The notes: generated by a model not told the origin, from the letters alone. DNA of 17,656 nucleotides from Promethearchaeota archaeon (GCA_016926735.1 JAFGOA010000216.1:1-17656); one strand, 5' to 3'; shown: positions 1 through 7,781, counted from the first letter of the stretch. Translations and numbers: made by a program.

Positions 1-12
1 ATAATAAAAATT

Positions 13-501
13 TTATATAGAAATTTGGACAGAATTAGATTCCGTTTTACTACCACATTGTTGACAGAAAGCAAATCCTCTAGATTCCAAAGCATTTAAT
101 ACTTTTCCAGAAAATCTAATACCACATTCTGGGCAGAAACTTGCTTTGTTATATGTATTGGTATTTATGTTTACTTTTTGTGGTACAGATTGAACTGGTG
201 CTCGATTCTCAATTACTTGAACATAGTGAATTTCTTCGGATTCTTCATTTTTCTTGGATTTTCCCTCAACCGCAGTTGATAATCCTTTAAAAAGCTTATA
301 TATACCTTTTCCAATGTAAGTTAAAAGTAAGCAAACACCTTTAGCTATATAATATACAAGTACAATTGTTAGTATAAGAACAGTAGCAATTCCAATTATA
401 ACTAATATTTGAGCTATTAAAGGAGCAGCTAAGAACCAAGTTATAAATTCATCCCAATAATATGTAAACCATTCCCATCCATCTCCATGCTGATAAATCA
501 T
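13..501 (-). CDS. Membrane protein with C-terminal zinc ribbon
   Basis: 162-aa ORF; long hydrophobic segment (PLIAQILVIIGIATVLILTIVLVYYIA); C-terminal CPEC...CQQC pair; GGTGG SD-like site upstream of the ATG. Confidence 0.8.
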   Translation of the reverse strand: MIYQHGDGWEWFTYYWDEFITWFLAAPLIAQILVIIGIATVLILTIVLVYYIAKGVCLLLTYIGKGIYKLFKGLSTAVEGKSKKNEESEEIHYVQVIENRAPVQSVPQKVNINTNTYNKASFCPECGIRFSGKVLNALESRGFAFCQQCGSKTESNSVQISI

Positions 502-576
502 TTTTTAATTCCACCGATTTTATTATATTTTATATTTTTTTTCTTAATTATTGAATATGTGAATAGTAATATGAAT

Positions 577-667
577 AAATTGGAGTCCAATTTTGATATT
601 TTTCAGATTAAAACCAATAAGGAGTGAAAAATCTTGAAATTAAGTAGGATGATATCTCTAAGATATC
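577..667. promoter_or_regulatory. Palindromic putative operators in a divergent intergenic region
   Basis: AAATTGGA-G-TCCAATTT (577-593) and GATATCT-CTA-AGATATC (651-667) between divergent genes. Confidence 0.4.
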
Positions 668-866
668 TCAAACCTTTGAAAATATCAGATTATTTTTATT
701 ATCTATATCTTATTTTTTCATAAATATTAAATAATGATTCTATTATGAAAAATACAAGAAATTATTAGAATTGGAAAAAAAAGTTTGTTCAATTTCAAAT
801 ATAATTATTTTTAATATAGAAAATCTGTATTTACTCAAAATTATATTGTATATAGAAGGTGATTTT

Positions 867-1556
867 ATGGAAAATGATGAAAATTCAGAAGAAATAGGTA
901 ATATGGATGTTGGTAAAGAAATATTAACTATGTTAGATAAAGCACAAAAGATTGCCTATGATTATGAAATTTTATTAAAAAAAGGTAATTTTGAACAAGA
1001 ATGTCCTTATTTAGAAATTGCTGATATATACAGAGAGATTATTAAGAAATTAGTTGAAAAAGGGCAGATAAGTCAGCTTGAGACATATTCTAAAGAAATA
1101 GAAATTTATAAAAAAAAGTATGAAAAAGATAAAAAATTAAGGCAAATTGAGTATGAGAAATCATCAAAACAGCAAGTTTTTGAAAAAATGCAAAAAATAG
1201 AAGAAGTTGATTCCGTTCAAGCAGTTCTTCAATCATTAGAAACCGAAATGAGAGTATTAAATTTTGAAGAGCAAAGGGAAGAAAAATCTAAAGAATTTGA
1301 TAAAATTCTTGAATTAATAGATCAAGCTGAAAAAAATGTAAAAGAATATAAATTAAAAATTAAAAATCAGAATATTCTTAAAATCGAGTCACCTTATTTG
1401 GGAGTAATAAAAATTTATGAAGAAGCTATAAATAAACTTACAAATCATGGTTGGAACGATACTGCTAATAAATTAACAGAATCAATTGAATATTATAAAA
1501 AGGAATTAGAAAGAGATAATTATTTAAGAGAAATTGAAAAAAAAACTGCCAAATAA
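867..1556 (+). CDS. Helical protein with two ~80-aa internal repeats (hypothetical)
   Basis: Start moved from TTG 771 to ATG 867, which follows AGGTGA. Repeats ILTMLDKAQK...CPYLEIADIY...YKKKYEKDKKLRQIE and ILELIDQAEK...SPYLGVIKIY...YKKELERDNYLREIE. Confidence 0.8.
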   Translation: MENDENSEEIGNMDVGKEILTMLDKAQKIAYDYEILLKKGNFEQECPYLEIADIYREIIKKLVEKGQISQLETYSKEIEIYKKKYEKDKKLRQIEYEKSSKQQVFEKMQKIEEVDSVQAVLQSLETEMRVLNFEEQREEKSKEFDKILELIDQAEKNVKEYKLKIKNQNILKIESPYLGVIKIYEEAINKLTNHGWNDTANKLTESIEYYKKELERDNYLREIEKKTAK

Positions 1557-1594
1557 TACCTCAAAAAGTATTTTAAATAAATTAAAAGGTTTAT

Positions 1595-1619
1595 AGTGAC
1601 ATTACCGAATTGTGTCACT
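1595..1619. other. Short inverted repeat (possible hairpin or operator)
   Basis: AGTGACA-N11-TGTCACT about 40 nt downstream of the 867..1556 stop codon. Confidence 0.3.
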
Positions 1620-1811
1620 TAAATTAAAAAAAGAAAACAAAAAAGATCAATAATTTTTTTTGAAAATCAAATTCAGAATATCTCATTTTGGAAAATATTT
1701 AAAAATATTAATTAAATAGAAGAAAATACAGAAATATTACACATTTTTAACGTTAAAGATCAAAATATTTTTAAATAAGAAAAAAGAAAGATTTAAATAA
1801 ATTCAAGTTTT

Positions 1812-1839
1812 GATCTAAATGTAGATCTAATATTAGATC
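1812..1839. promoter_or_regulatory. Tandem overlapping palindromic operator GATCTA-N4-TAGATC (x2), probably PadR-bound
   Basis: GATCTA-AATG-TAGATC (1812-1827) and GATCTA-ATAT-TAGATC (1824-1839), just downstream of TATA-like TTTAAATA (1792-1799) and upstream of the GyrI-like/PadR pair. Confidence 0.6.
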
Positions 1840-1853
1840 CAAGAAAAGTAGAG

Positions 1854-2324
1854 TTGAAAAATATGAGTTATGAAGTAAAATATTTAAATACATTACCCCA
1901 GAAGATATTATCAGTTCGGAAGGAGTGTAAATCAGAAGATCTTCCTCAATTTATGAGTAATAATATGCAGTTATTATTTTCATATATTATTAAAAATGGA
2001 TGTTCTCCAAGAGGTCCCCCAATAGCAATCTTTTATAAAGTAAGTAAAGATAGTATAGATGTTGAACTAGGTGTTCCTATAGAAGGGAAAATCAAAGAAA
2101 AAGGTAAATTTAGAATAAGCAAAACACCGGGTGGTAAAACTGCCTTTACGCTATATAAAGGACTTTATGAAAAAATTGAGCCCGCTTATACTGCAATCAA
2201 GAATTGGGTAAAAGAGAAAGGTTATGAAAGTACAGAAATTTGGTGGGAAATTTATTGTACAAATCCGGAAGAAACGCCCAATAGAGAAGATTGGAAAACT
2301 GAAATATATTGTCAATTAAAATAA
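1854..2324 (+). CDS. GyrI-like (AraC effector-binding type) small-molecule-binding protein
   Basis: GPPIAIFY, VELGVP, PGGKTA..YKGLYEKI..AY..IKNW, WEIY.TNP and W.TEIY motifs typical of the GyrI-like fold. Start is TTG 1854 or ATG 1863. Confidence 0.85.
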   Translation: MKNMSYEVKYLNTLPQKILSVRKECKSEDLPQFMSNNMQLLFSYIIKNGCSPRGPPIAIFYKVSKDSIDVELGVPIEGKIKEKGKFRISKTPGGKTAFTLYKGLYEKIEPAYTAIKNWVKEKGYESTEIWWEIYCTNPEETPNREDWKTEIYCQLK

Positions 2325-2357
2325 TTTTTTTTTTATAAAATATTTTCTTTTAAAATT

Positions 2358-2987
2358 ATGAAAAATAAACCCCCACCAGAGGAATTGCCTTCGAGTGATG
2401 TTGCAATACTTGGAATTCTATCAGGTAGCGAAAGACCATTAACTGGAAAAGAAATTAATATGGTTATTTCAATGGCTCATTATAGTGATTGGGTTAATAT
2501 TGAATTCTCAACAGTGTATAATTGCTTAAAAAGACTTGAAGAATATGATTATATTAGAGGAAAATATACTATAAGAAATCAAAGAAGAAATAAAGAATTT
2601 GAACTTACCTTGAAGGGAAAAGCTATTTTAGAGAAAGAAATAGAGTGGAGATTGTCTATACCTAAAAAATCAATTAATGAGATAGATCTATCTATAAAAT
2701 ATTTAACGTTATTGCCTAGAGAAAGAGTAATGCAAGCTCTTGAGAGTTATATTAACCATCTTGAAAAAGATTTTATTTATTATGAAGAAATAATCAACGA
2801 TCTTAAAAAAGCAAAATCTGGGGAACAAATCAAACATATTCCAATAACGGAATCAAATCTTAAAACCCTACCCTTTGTAATAGCATTATTTGAAAGACCA
2901 TATAATGAACTTTTAGCAAGAAGAGATTGGTTAAAACAATTTATATCTAAGATTAATAATTATTATAATCAATATCAAGATTTTTGA
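2358..2987 (+). CDS. PadR-family transcriptional regulator with C-terminal helical domain
   Basis: AILGIL...TG.EI...STVYNCLKRLE..Y....K.F.LT.KG..L wHTH signature; C-terminal ...ARRDWL helix. Confidence 0.85.
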   Translation: MKNKPPPEELPSSDVAILGILSGSERPLTGKEINMVISMAHYSDWVNIEFSTVYNCLKRLEEYDYIRGKYTIRNQRRNKEFELTLKGKAILEKEIEWRLSIPKKSINEIDLSIKYLTLLPRERVMQALESYINHLEKDFIYYEEIINDLKKAKSGEQIKHIPITESNLKTLPFVIALFERPYNELLARRDWLKQFISKINNYYNQYQDF

Positions 2988-3120
2988 TTGATTTATCACT
3001 CAAAATCTGAAAAATATTTTTAGATTTCTAAATTTTTCAACCTATCAATTTAAATATTTGATACTATATTTTAATATTACGAAAAGATAAATTTCAAAAA
3101 AAATTATATTCATCAAAAAA

Positions 3121-3251
3121 GACTCCAGTCAAACCCTGGATTTTTGTCTTTTGGTTAGTGTATTTTATACACTTATTCTCAGCTTGCTGAGAAATCTCTC
3201 CCTTTACATTTTTATAATTCGGCCTTTACATTGGGTCGTTTGACTGGAGTC
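3121..3251. ncRNA. Orphan multi-hairpin structured RNA candidate (or MITE-like element)
   Basis: Perfect 14-bp terminal stem GACTCCAGTCAAAC/GTTTGACTGGAGTC enclosing hairpins at 3157-3173, 3176-3193 (G-CUUG-C loop) and 3221-3237; CCTTTACATT occurs twice; GC-richer than its flanks. Confidence 0.6.
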
Positions 3252-3550
3252 ACCTATATATATCATTGCTGTTGAGGGTATAATTATTAAAAAAACTAAG
3301 TAAAATAATATATAGGGCTTATTAATATAAAGTCACAATATCCTTTTTAAAAGTTAATATTAAAGAAAAAAAAAAACTATGTAAAAGCTCCTATAAGATC
3401 TAAAAATTTAAATAATTATGTTTAACCAATTATATATTAGTTAAAAATTGTATCTTTAATTTTTAATTAAAATAAATTTAATATATATAAATTAAGCAAA
3501 CAAAAAAAATTTTCAAAATTAGATCTATTAATATAAAAAAAAAGATAGAA

Positions 3551-4606
3551 ATGACCACAAAAAAATATTTATCAAATAAAAAAACTACTCAACAAACTAT
3601 TTCAATATCACCAGCACTGAAGGATTGGATTGAAAGATATGTAAATGTAGAGCATAAAAAAAATCCTGAAGATAAAAGATTTCAGAGTTTATCTGCGTTT
3701 TATTGTAATGTAATGGAGAATGTTCTTAAAATTTTTGAAAAGGGTAAATCCCTTGAAGATTTTAAAAATATGGTTGATAATAAAGTACAACATTTTTATG
3801 ATAATATAACCTTTAGAGCAATAATCTCCTATTATGAAGACTTAGTTAACTTAAACAAATATCAGGAATATCGATATAAAAATATTTTGGATATATTTAT
3901 GATGTATAGAAATCAAATAACTAATCTAGAGGAATTGACTCCTGAAAAAATAATAGAATCCGTCAACCGTTTTAAATTGTTTCTTCTTGATAATAAAGTA
4001 ACTAAAGATATTAATGTAGAATATGTTCAAAATAAGTATATCTTTCATTATTTTGGACTCTATTCAAATATTCATTATGATATATCGAAATGGTTTGCAG
4101 GCTTAGCAGGAGTATTAGGATTAAAAATTAAAAAATTAACATATTCAAAGAATTATACTCGATTTGATTTAGAAGAAACAACCCTATTCAAAAATATACA
4201 CCCTATGGATAAAGAGAGAAGAGCATTATTTTACGAGAATATTAAAGAATTTACAAATTATCATAAGATTATACTTGATGAGGATCCCACACATCTATGG
4301 TTAAAATTAGTAAATAATCAAAACACAATTCTATCATTTAATGATAAAGAAAAAAGTAATACCATAATTGAGGAAATAATCAATGACATTGAACGATATT
4401 CTTCGCTATTAGAGAGAAAAAAATTGATATTGAAACTTTTATATCATTTTAATTGGATTAAAATTTTAGATTTGGAGGAGAACTCATTTATTTTTAGATT
4501 AAATGAAGAGCATATAATAGAAAAAGAAATAATGGAAAAATTCTTAGAAAGATTTAATTTACAAGTAATCAGAGATAAAAATATTTACTTTATAAAAGAT
4601 TTGTAA
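3551..4606 (+). CDS. Hypothetical protein with N-terminal ribbon-helix-helix-like domain (putative regulator)
   Basis: 351-aa ORF; QQTISIS strand, PALKDWIERYV helix and SLSAFYCNVME helix fit the RHH pattern; remainder unrecognised. Confidence 0.6.
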   Translation: MTTKKYLSNKKTTQQTISISPALKDWIERYVNVEHKKNPEDKRFQSLSAFYCNVMENVLKIFEKGKSLEDFKNMVDNKVQHFYDNITFRAIISYYEDLVNLNKYQEYRYKNILDIFMMYRNQITNLEELTPEKIIESVNRFKLFLLDNKVTKDINVEYVQNKYIFHYFGLYSNIHYDISKWFAGLAGVLGLKIKKLTYSKNYTRFDLEETTLFKNIHPMDKERRALFYENIKEFTNYHKIILDEDPTHLWLKLVNNQNTILSFNDKEKSNTIIEEIINDIERYSSLLERKKLILKLLYHFNWIKILDLEENSFIFRLNEEHIIEKEIMEKFLERFNLQVIRDKNIYFIKDL

Positions 4607-4634
4607 AAAACTATAGTCTATAAATAAATCTATC

Positions 4635-6116
4635 TTAGATCTCTTTCACATTAATATTTACTCTTGGTTTAATCATTATCTTGTTCATTTCACTTAATTC
4701 CCTTAGAGATTCAATTACTTTTAGGATTGATGGTTCTTGTTCTAAAATTGGTGAATTTTGAAGTGCGTTTGCAAAAGCAGAATATGTGTTAGAGACCTTT
4801 TTTTCTGATTCAATATACGCTTTAAATGCATATTTTAGAGCAGAGTATCCCTTTCCTAAAGTTGGATGATCAAAAGCAAAAAATCCCTCACGATATACCA
4901 TTTCTGGAGGTAAATCATCATTAAAAATTCTGCCTTGATTATTGAATGTATTATATACTTCAGTCATCGGAAGTGGTTTCATATTTGATATAAAGTACCA
5001 ACATGAGTCATATTCCAGATTCCTCTTGATTTCTATTTCAATATTTTTCTTGTTATGAAAGGGTAATCCAAGAATAAAATTATGATTAGTTATAATACCT
5101 AAGCTTGAAAGAGATTGTATAAATTTATTTGAAATACCTTTATTTTTAATATAATTTTCTGTCAGGGTTGATTCTATACCATAATTTACAAAAAAGAATT
5201 TTAGTGAACTTTCAGATTGTATCTTTTTAAGATTAAATTTGCTCAAATGAGCTAATGAAATTAAACAAATGATATACATTTTATTTTTAGTCTTGCCTTC
5301 ATTCATAAAATATTCAAAGACTTCATTCCAGACTCTCTCAGGAAAACAAGCATTAGGTTCACATATCTGGATAAAAAAATCTTGGTCTATATTTTTATTT
5401 ATCGCTTCTAAACATTCTATAATTTTTTTTGAATTAGAAAATGGAGTATATTGAAGAGTTGATGTAATACAGAAATCACAATTATATGGACAACCAATTT
5501 GTGAAACAAGATAGAAGGATTTTATTTTAATAGGAAATTGATATACATCAGCTATGATTGAAGGAATTTGATAATCTTCTGGTTTTATCATTGAAAGATT
5601 GAATTTTTTTCTTATCCATGCTATCCCATTCCTCAAACATATATTCTCAAGGGGTATAAGTTTTTGTATATAAGAGAATTTAGCGCCTACATTTCCAACA
5701 TAAATAATTTTATCATTATAATGTTTTTTTAGTGTTTTTATTAGATTTACACCCAAATCTAATCCATGTGCATAGGAACTTATTCCAATATGTGTAATAT
5801 CATCATTTTTATCTAAAATTCTATGTATATCTTTAACTGAGCATGATTCATCAATAACTAATGAATCAATTTCAGGGAGATTTTTTGCCAGATATCTCCC
5901 TTCAATATTAGGTGAATTTAAAATATTAGCATAAATAGATGAATTAAATGGATTTAATTTATATCCATATTCATCAAATGCATTTTGAATTTCAGATTTA
6001 TCAATATATTGAGGAAAATTATCATATTTTGGATCATTTAAAATATCTAAAGCTAATTCCTCTGTAGATTTTAAAGGATTAGGTAAGGTCCTAACAAATA
6101 ATATTCTTTTTTTTAT
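4635..6116 (-). CDS. Cobalamin-binding-domain radical SAM protein (ORF extended 120 codons upstream of the TTG at 5756)
   Basis: CxxxCxxC motif GCPYNCDFC, plus YGIES and FILGLP motifs. The frame stays open upstream and encodes KKRILFV...THIGISSY...KIIYVGNVGA, resembling a B12-binding domain. No in-frame ATG/GTG/TTG there; candidate start ATA at 6114-6116 behind GAGGGA. Confidence 0.8.
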   Translation of the reverse strand: MKKRILFVRTLPNPLKSTEELALDILNDPKYDNFPQYIDKSEIQNAFDEYGYKLNPFNSSIYANILNSPNIEGRYLAKNLPEIDSLVIDESCSVKDIHRILDKNDDITHIGISSYAHGLDLGVNLIKTLKKHYNDKIIYVGNVGAKFSYIQKLIPLENICLRNGIAWIRKKFNLSMIKPEDYQIPSIIADVYQFPIKIKSFYLVSQIGCPYNCDFCITSTLQYTPFSNSKKIIECLEAINKNIDQDFFIQICEPNACFPERVWNEVFEYFMNEGKTKNKMYIICLISLAHLSKFNLKKIQSESSLKFFFVNYGIESTLTENYIKNKGISNKFIQSLSSLGIITNHNFILGLPFHNKKNIEIEIKRNLEYDSCWYFISNMKPLPMTEVYNTFNNQGRIFNDDLPPEMVYREGFFAFDHPTLGKGYSALKYAFKAYIESEKKVSNTYSAFANALQNSPILEQEPSILKVIESLRELSEMNKIMIKPRVNINVKEI

Positions 6117-6130
6117 AGTTTCATCCCTCT

Positions 6131-7141
6131 TTATTCTATTTTTGAAGATCCTAATAATACCATATCTTTATGATTATAGTAAAAAGGAAGATATGCATAG
6201 AGATTTAATTGATTTTCTTTAAGGATTTGTTGTGATTCCTTATCATTAACGTCTATTATAAAAGATAATGAACGAATATCTCCTTTTAAATTAAATTTTT
6301 TAATTATAGTCTCGAAAATTTGTTTTTTTTCACAATAGGTTAGATTATTGCTAATTAATCTGATATTGAACCATGAATGTTGATTTCCTGATATTTCAGC
6401 ATATATCTTATCATCTTCATCCATAAGATATATTTTTTTTTTCAATAAACTATGTTTGTTAATTTTAATAGATAAAATGATTTTTTGATTTTCTGAAAAT
6501 GATGGAATAAAAACTTCAGTTGATATAATTCTTTTAATTTCAGCTTCTTTAATTATTTTATATATATTTGTAGAGAGCTTTATATCGGGTTTAATCATTT
6601 TCCAATAAAAATCTTTTAAAATTCGTCCATAAATTAATAGATTTTCACTTAAATTATGTTTAGGGAGAGAACCATATTTTTTAAATTTAAAATTCTCAAG
6701 AACTTGAATCATTTTAAGGTTTTTTTGATTAACAACAGCATAGACACAAAAGATATTTGAGTTTTTTAAATCATCTATATATTCTGCCAATTTTAATCCT
6801 AAAAGATTCATTATTCCCATATTTTTGAAATTATTATGTACCATAGCGAGTTTTACGATAGCGATTCCAAATTGCTTTTGAAGTATAACTTGTCCAATCA
6901 GGTGATCACCATAATAAGCACACTTCCAAATGATTTTGGATTTTTCATTAACATTAGATTTTTTTATCAATTTTTTTAAATAGTTTGAATTATAGAACTC
7001 ACCATCAGAATATTCTTTTCCGTATATATCATTTATTAATTTTAAAATTTGATTTATATCATTTATTTCTACGTTGCGTATGATGATCTTTTTTTTTTCT
7101 TCTAAATAGCACTTAGATTTTAAAATCTCAAACCCTGTCAT
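6131..7141 (-). CDS. GNAT-family acyltransferase, possibly with a second degenerate GNAT-like domain
   Basis: IIRNVEINDINQILKLI start, motif A-like VHNNFKNMGI, N..MIQVLE..KF...G motif B; the C-terminal half ends in a similar D.ESQQIL....L..Y..LP pattern. Confidence 0.75.
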   Translation of the reverse strand: MTGFEILKSKCYLEEKKKIIIRNVEINDINQILKLINDIYGKEYSDGEFYNSNYLKKLIKKSNVNEKSKIIWKCAYYGDHLIGQVILQKQFGIAIVKLAMVHNNFKNMGIMNLLGLKLAEYIDDLKNSNIFCVYAVVNQKNLKMIQVLENFKFKKYGSLPKHNLSENLLIYGRILKDFYWKMIKPDIKLSTNIYKIIKEAEIKRIISTEVFIPSFSENQKIILSIKINKHSLLKKKIYLMDEDDKIYAEISGNQHSWFNIRLISNNLTYCEKKQIFETIIKKFNLKGDIRSLSFIIDVNDKESQQILKENQLNLYAYLPFYYNHKDMVLLGSSKIE

Positions 7142-7265
7142 AAATTAATGATCACTTTTTGTAATATTTATTCAGAATGACTTTGTCAATTTATTGTATT
7201 TTTGATCTGGTTATATCATAATTAAAAAAAATTAGACTATAAAACTTTTTGCATATCTTATAAGA

Positions 7266-7347
7266 CGCGGAGAGAGGGAATCGAACCCCCATATGTATAA
7301 ACATAACAACTTAGCAAAATGTCGCAATTCCATTATGCGATCTCCGC
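7266..7347 (-). tRNA. tRNA-Ser(GCT), long variable arm, no intron
   Basis: Acceptor GCGGAGA/TCTCCGC, G73; anticodon loop TT-GCT-AA; variable arm TATGT-TTAT-ACATA; T-arm GGGGG-TTCGATT-CCCTC; T30.T40 mismatch in the anticodon stem. Confidence 0.88.
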
Positions 7348-7355
7348 TTCGATTA

Positions 7356-7443
7356 CGTGATGGACAGGATTCGAACCTGTGGTATCGGGATTCGATACTC
7401 CCACTCTCAAGGCGGGCACCTTAAACCTCTCAGTCACCATCAC
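7356..7443 (-). tRNA. tRNA-Ser(TGA), long variable arm, no intron
   Basis: Acceptor GTGATGG/CCATCAC, G73; CCCGC-CT-TGA-GA-GTGGG; variable arm GTATCG-AATCC-CGATAC; T-arm ACAGG-TTCGAAT-CCTGT. Confidence 0.92.
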
Positions 7444-7453
7444 TTTATTAAAG

Positions 7454-7538
7454 TACGGGAATATGGATTTGAACCATAGAACCTTCTTCAAGGTATGGAT
7501 TTTGACTCCACTGCCTTTAACCACTCAGCCATTCCCGC
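7454..7538 (-). tRNA. tRNA-Leu(CAA), long variable arm, no intron
   Basis: Acceptor GCGGGAA/TTCCCGT, A73; GTGGA-GT-CAA-AA-TCCAT; variable arm ACCTT-GAAG-AAGGT; T-arm TATGG-TTCAAAT-CCATA. Confidence 0.9.
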
Positions 7539-7556
7539 TTTCCTATATCGAATAAA

Positions 7557-7638
7557 TACGGATGGTGGGACTCGAACCCACGAGGCACTACTGCACCCGC
7601 TTTTAAAGCGAGATCTATTCCAACTTAGACACATCCGC
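7557..7638 (-). tRNA. tRNA-Leu(TAA), long variable arm, no intron
   Basis: Acceptor GCGGATG/CATCCGT, A73; CTCGC-TT-TAA-AA-GCGGG; variable arm GCA-GTAG-TGC; T-arm GTGGG-TTCGAGT-CCCAC. Confidence 0.9.
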
Positions 7639-7660
7639 TTTTTTTCAATTCGATGTGATG

Positions 7661-7742
7661 TGGGGATGGTGGGACTCGAACCCACGAGGCACTATTGCAT
7701 CCACTTCTAAGGCGGGATCCTTACCAGCTTGGGCACACCCCC
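7661..7742 (-). tRNA. tRNA-Leu(TAG), long variable arm, no intron
   Basis: Acceptor GGGGGTG/CATCCCC, A73; CCCGC-CT-TAG-AA-GTGGA; variable arm GCA-ATAG-TGC; T-arm GTGGG-TTCGAGT-CCCAC; C10.A25 and C27.A43 mismatches. Confidence 0.88.
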
Positions 7743-7781
7743 ATAATTTATATTTTCATTAGTATCTTAATTTGAATTTTA

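Noticed and set aside
771-866. N-terminal extension of the 771..1556 ORF
   Set aside because: AT-rich promoter-like sequence; ATG 867 has a clear AGGTGA SD and is the better start.
3186-3210. TPP or cobalamin riboswitch
   Set aside because: GCTGAGAAAT resembles the TPP J3/2 region, but the CCUGAU, UAAU and GGGA elements are absent, and there is no B12 box.
2985-3251. SECIS element recoding the PadR TGA stop
   Set aside because: No AUGA/GA quartet hairpin; readthrough would add only a short tail with no redox motif.
4635-7141. Split Elp3 (radical SAM + GNAT)
   Set aside because: The radical SAM has CxxxCxxC and a B12-binding-like N-terminus, unlike Elp3; the domain order is also reversed.
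7333-7710. ORFs 7333..7524, 7488..7685 and 7495..7710
   Set aside because: They overlap well-formed tRNA genes.
7356-7742. Suppressor, Sec or Pyl tRNAs (anticodons spell TAG, TAA, TGA)
   Set aside because: These anticodons read CUA, UUA and UCA sense codons; suppressors would need CTA, TTA or TCA. All have ordinary 7/5 acceptor/T stems.
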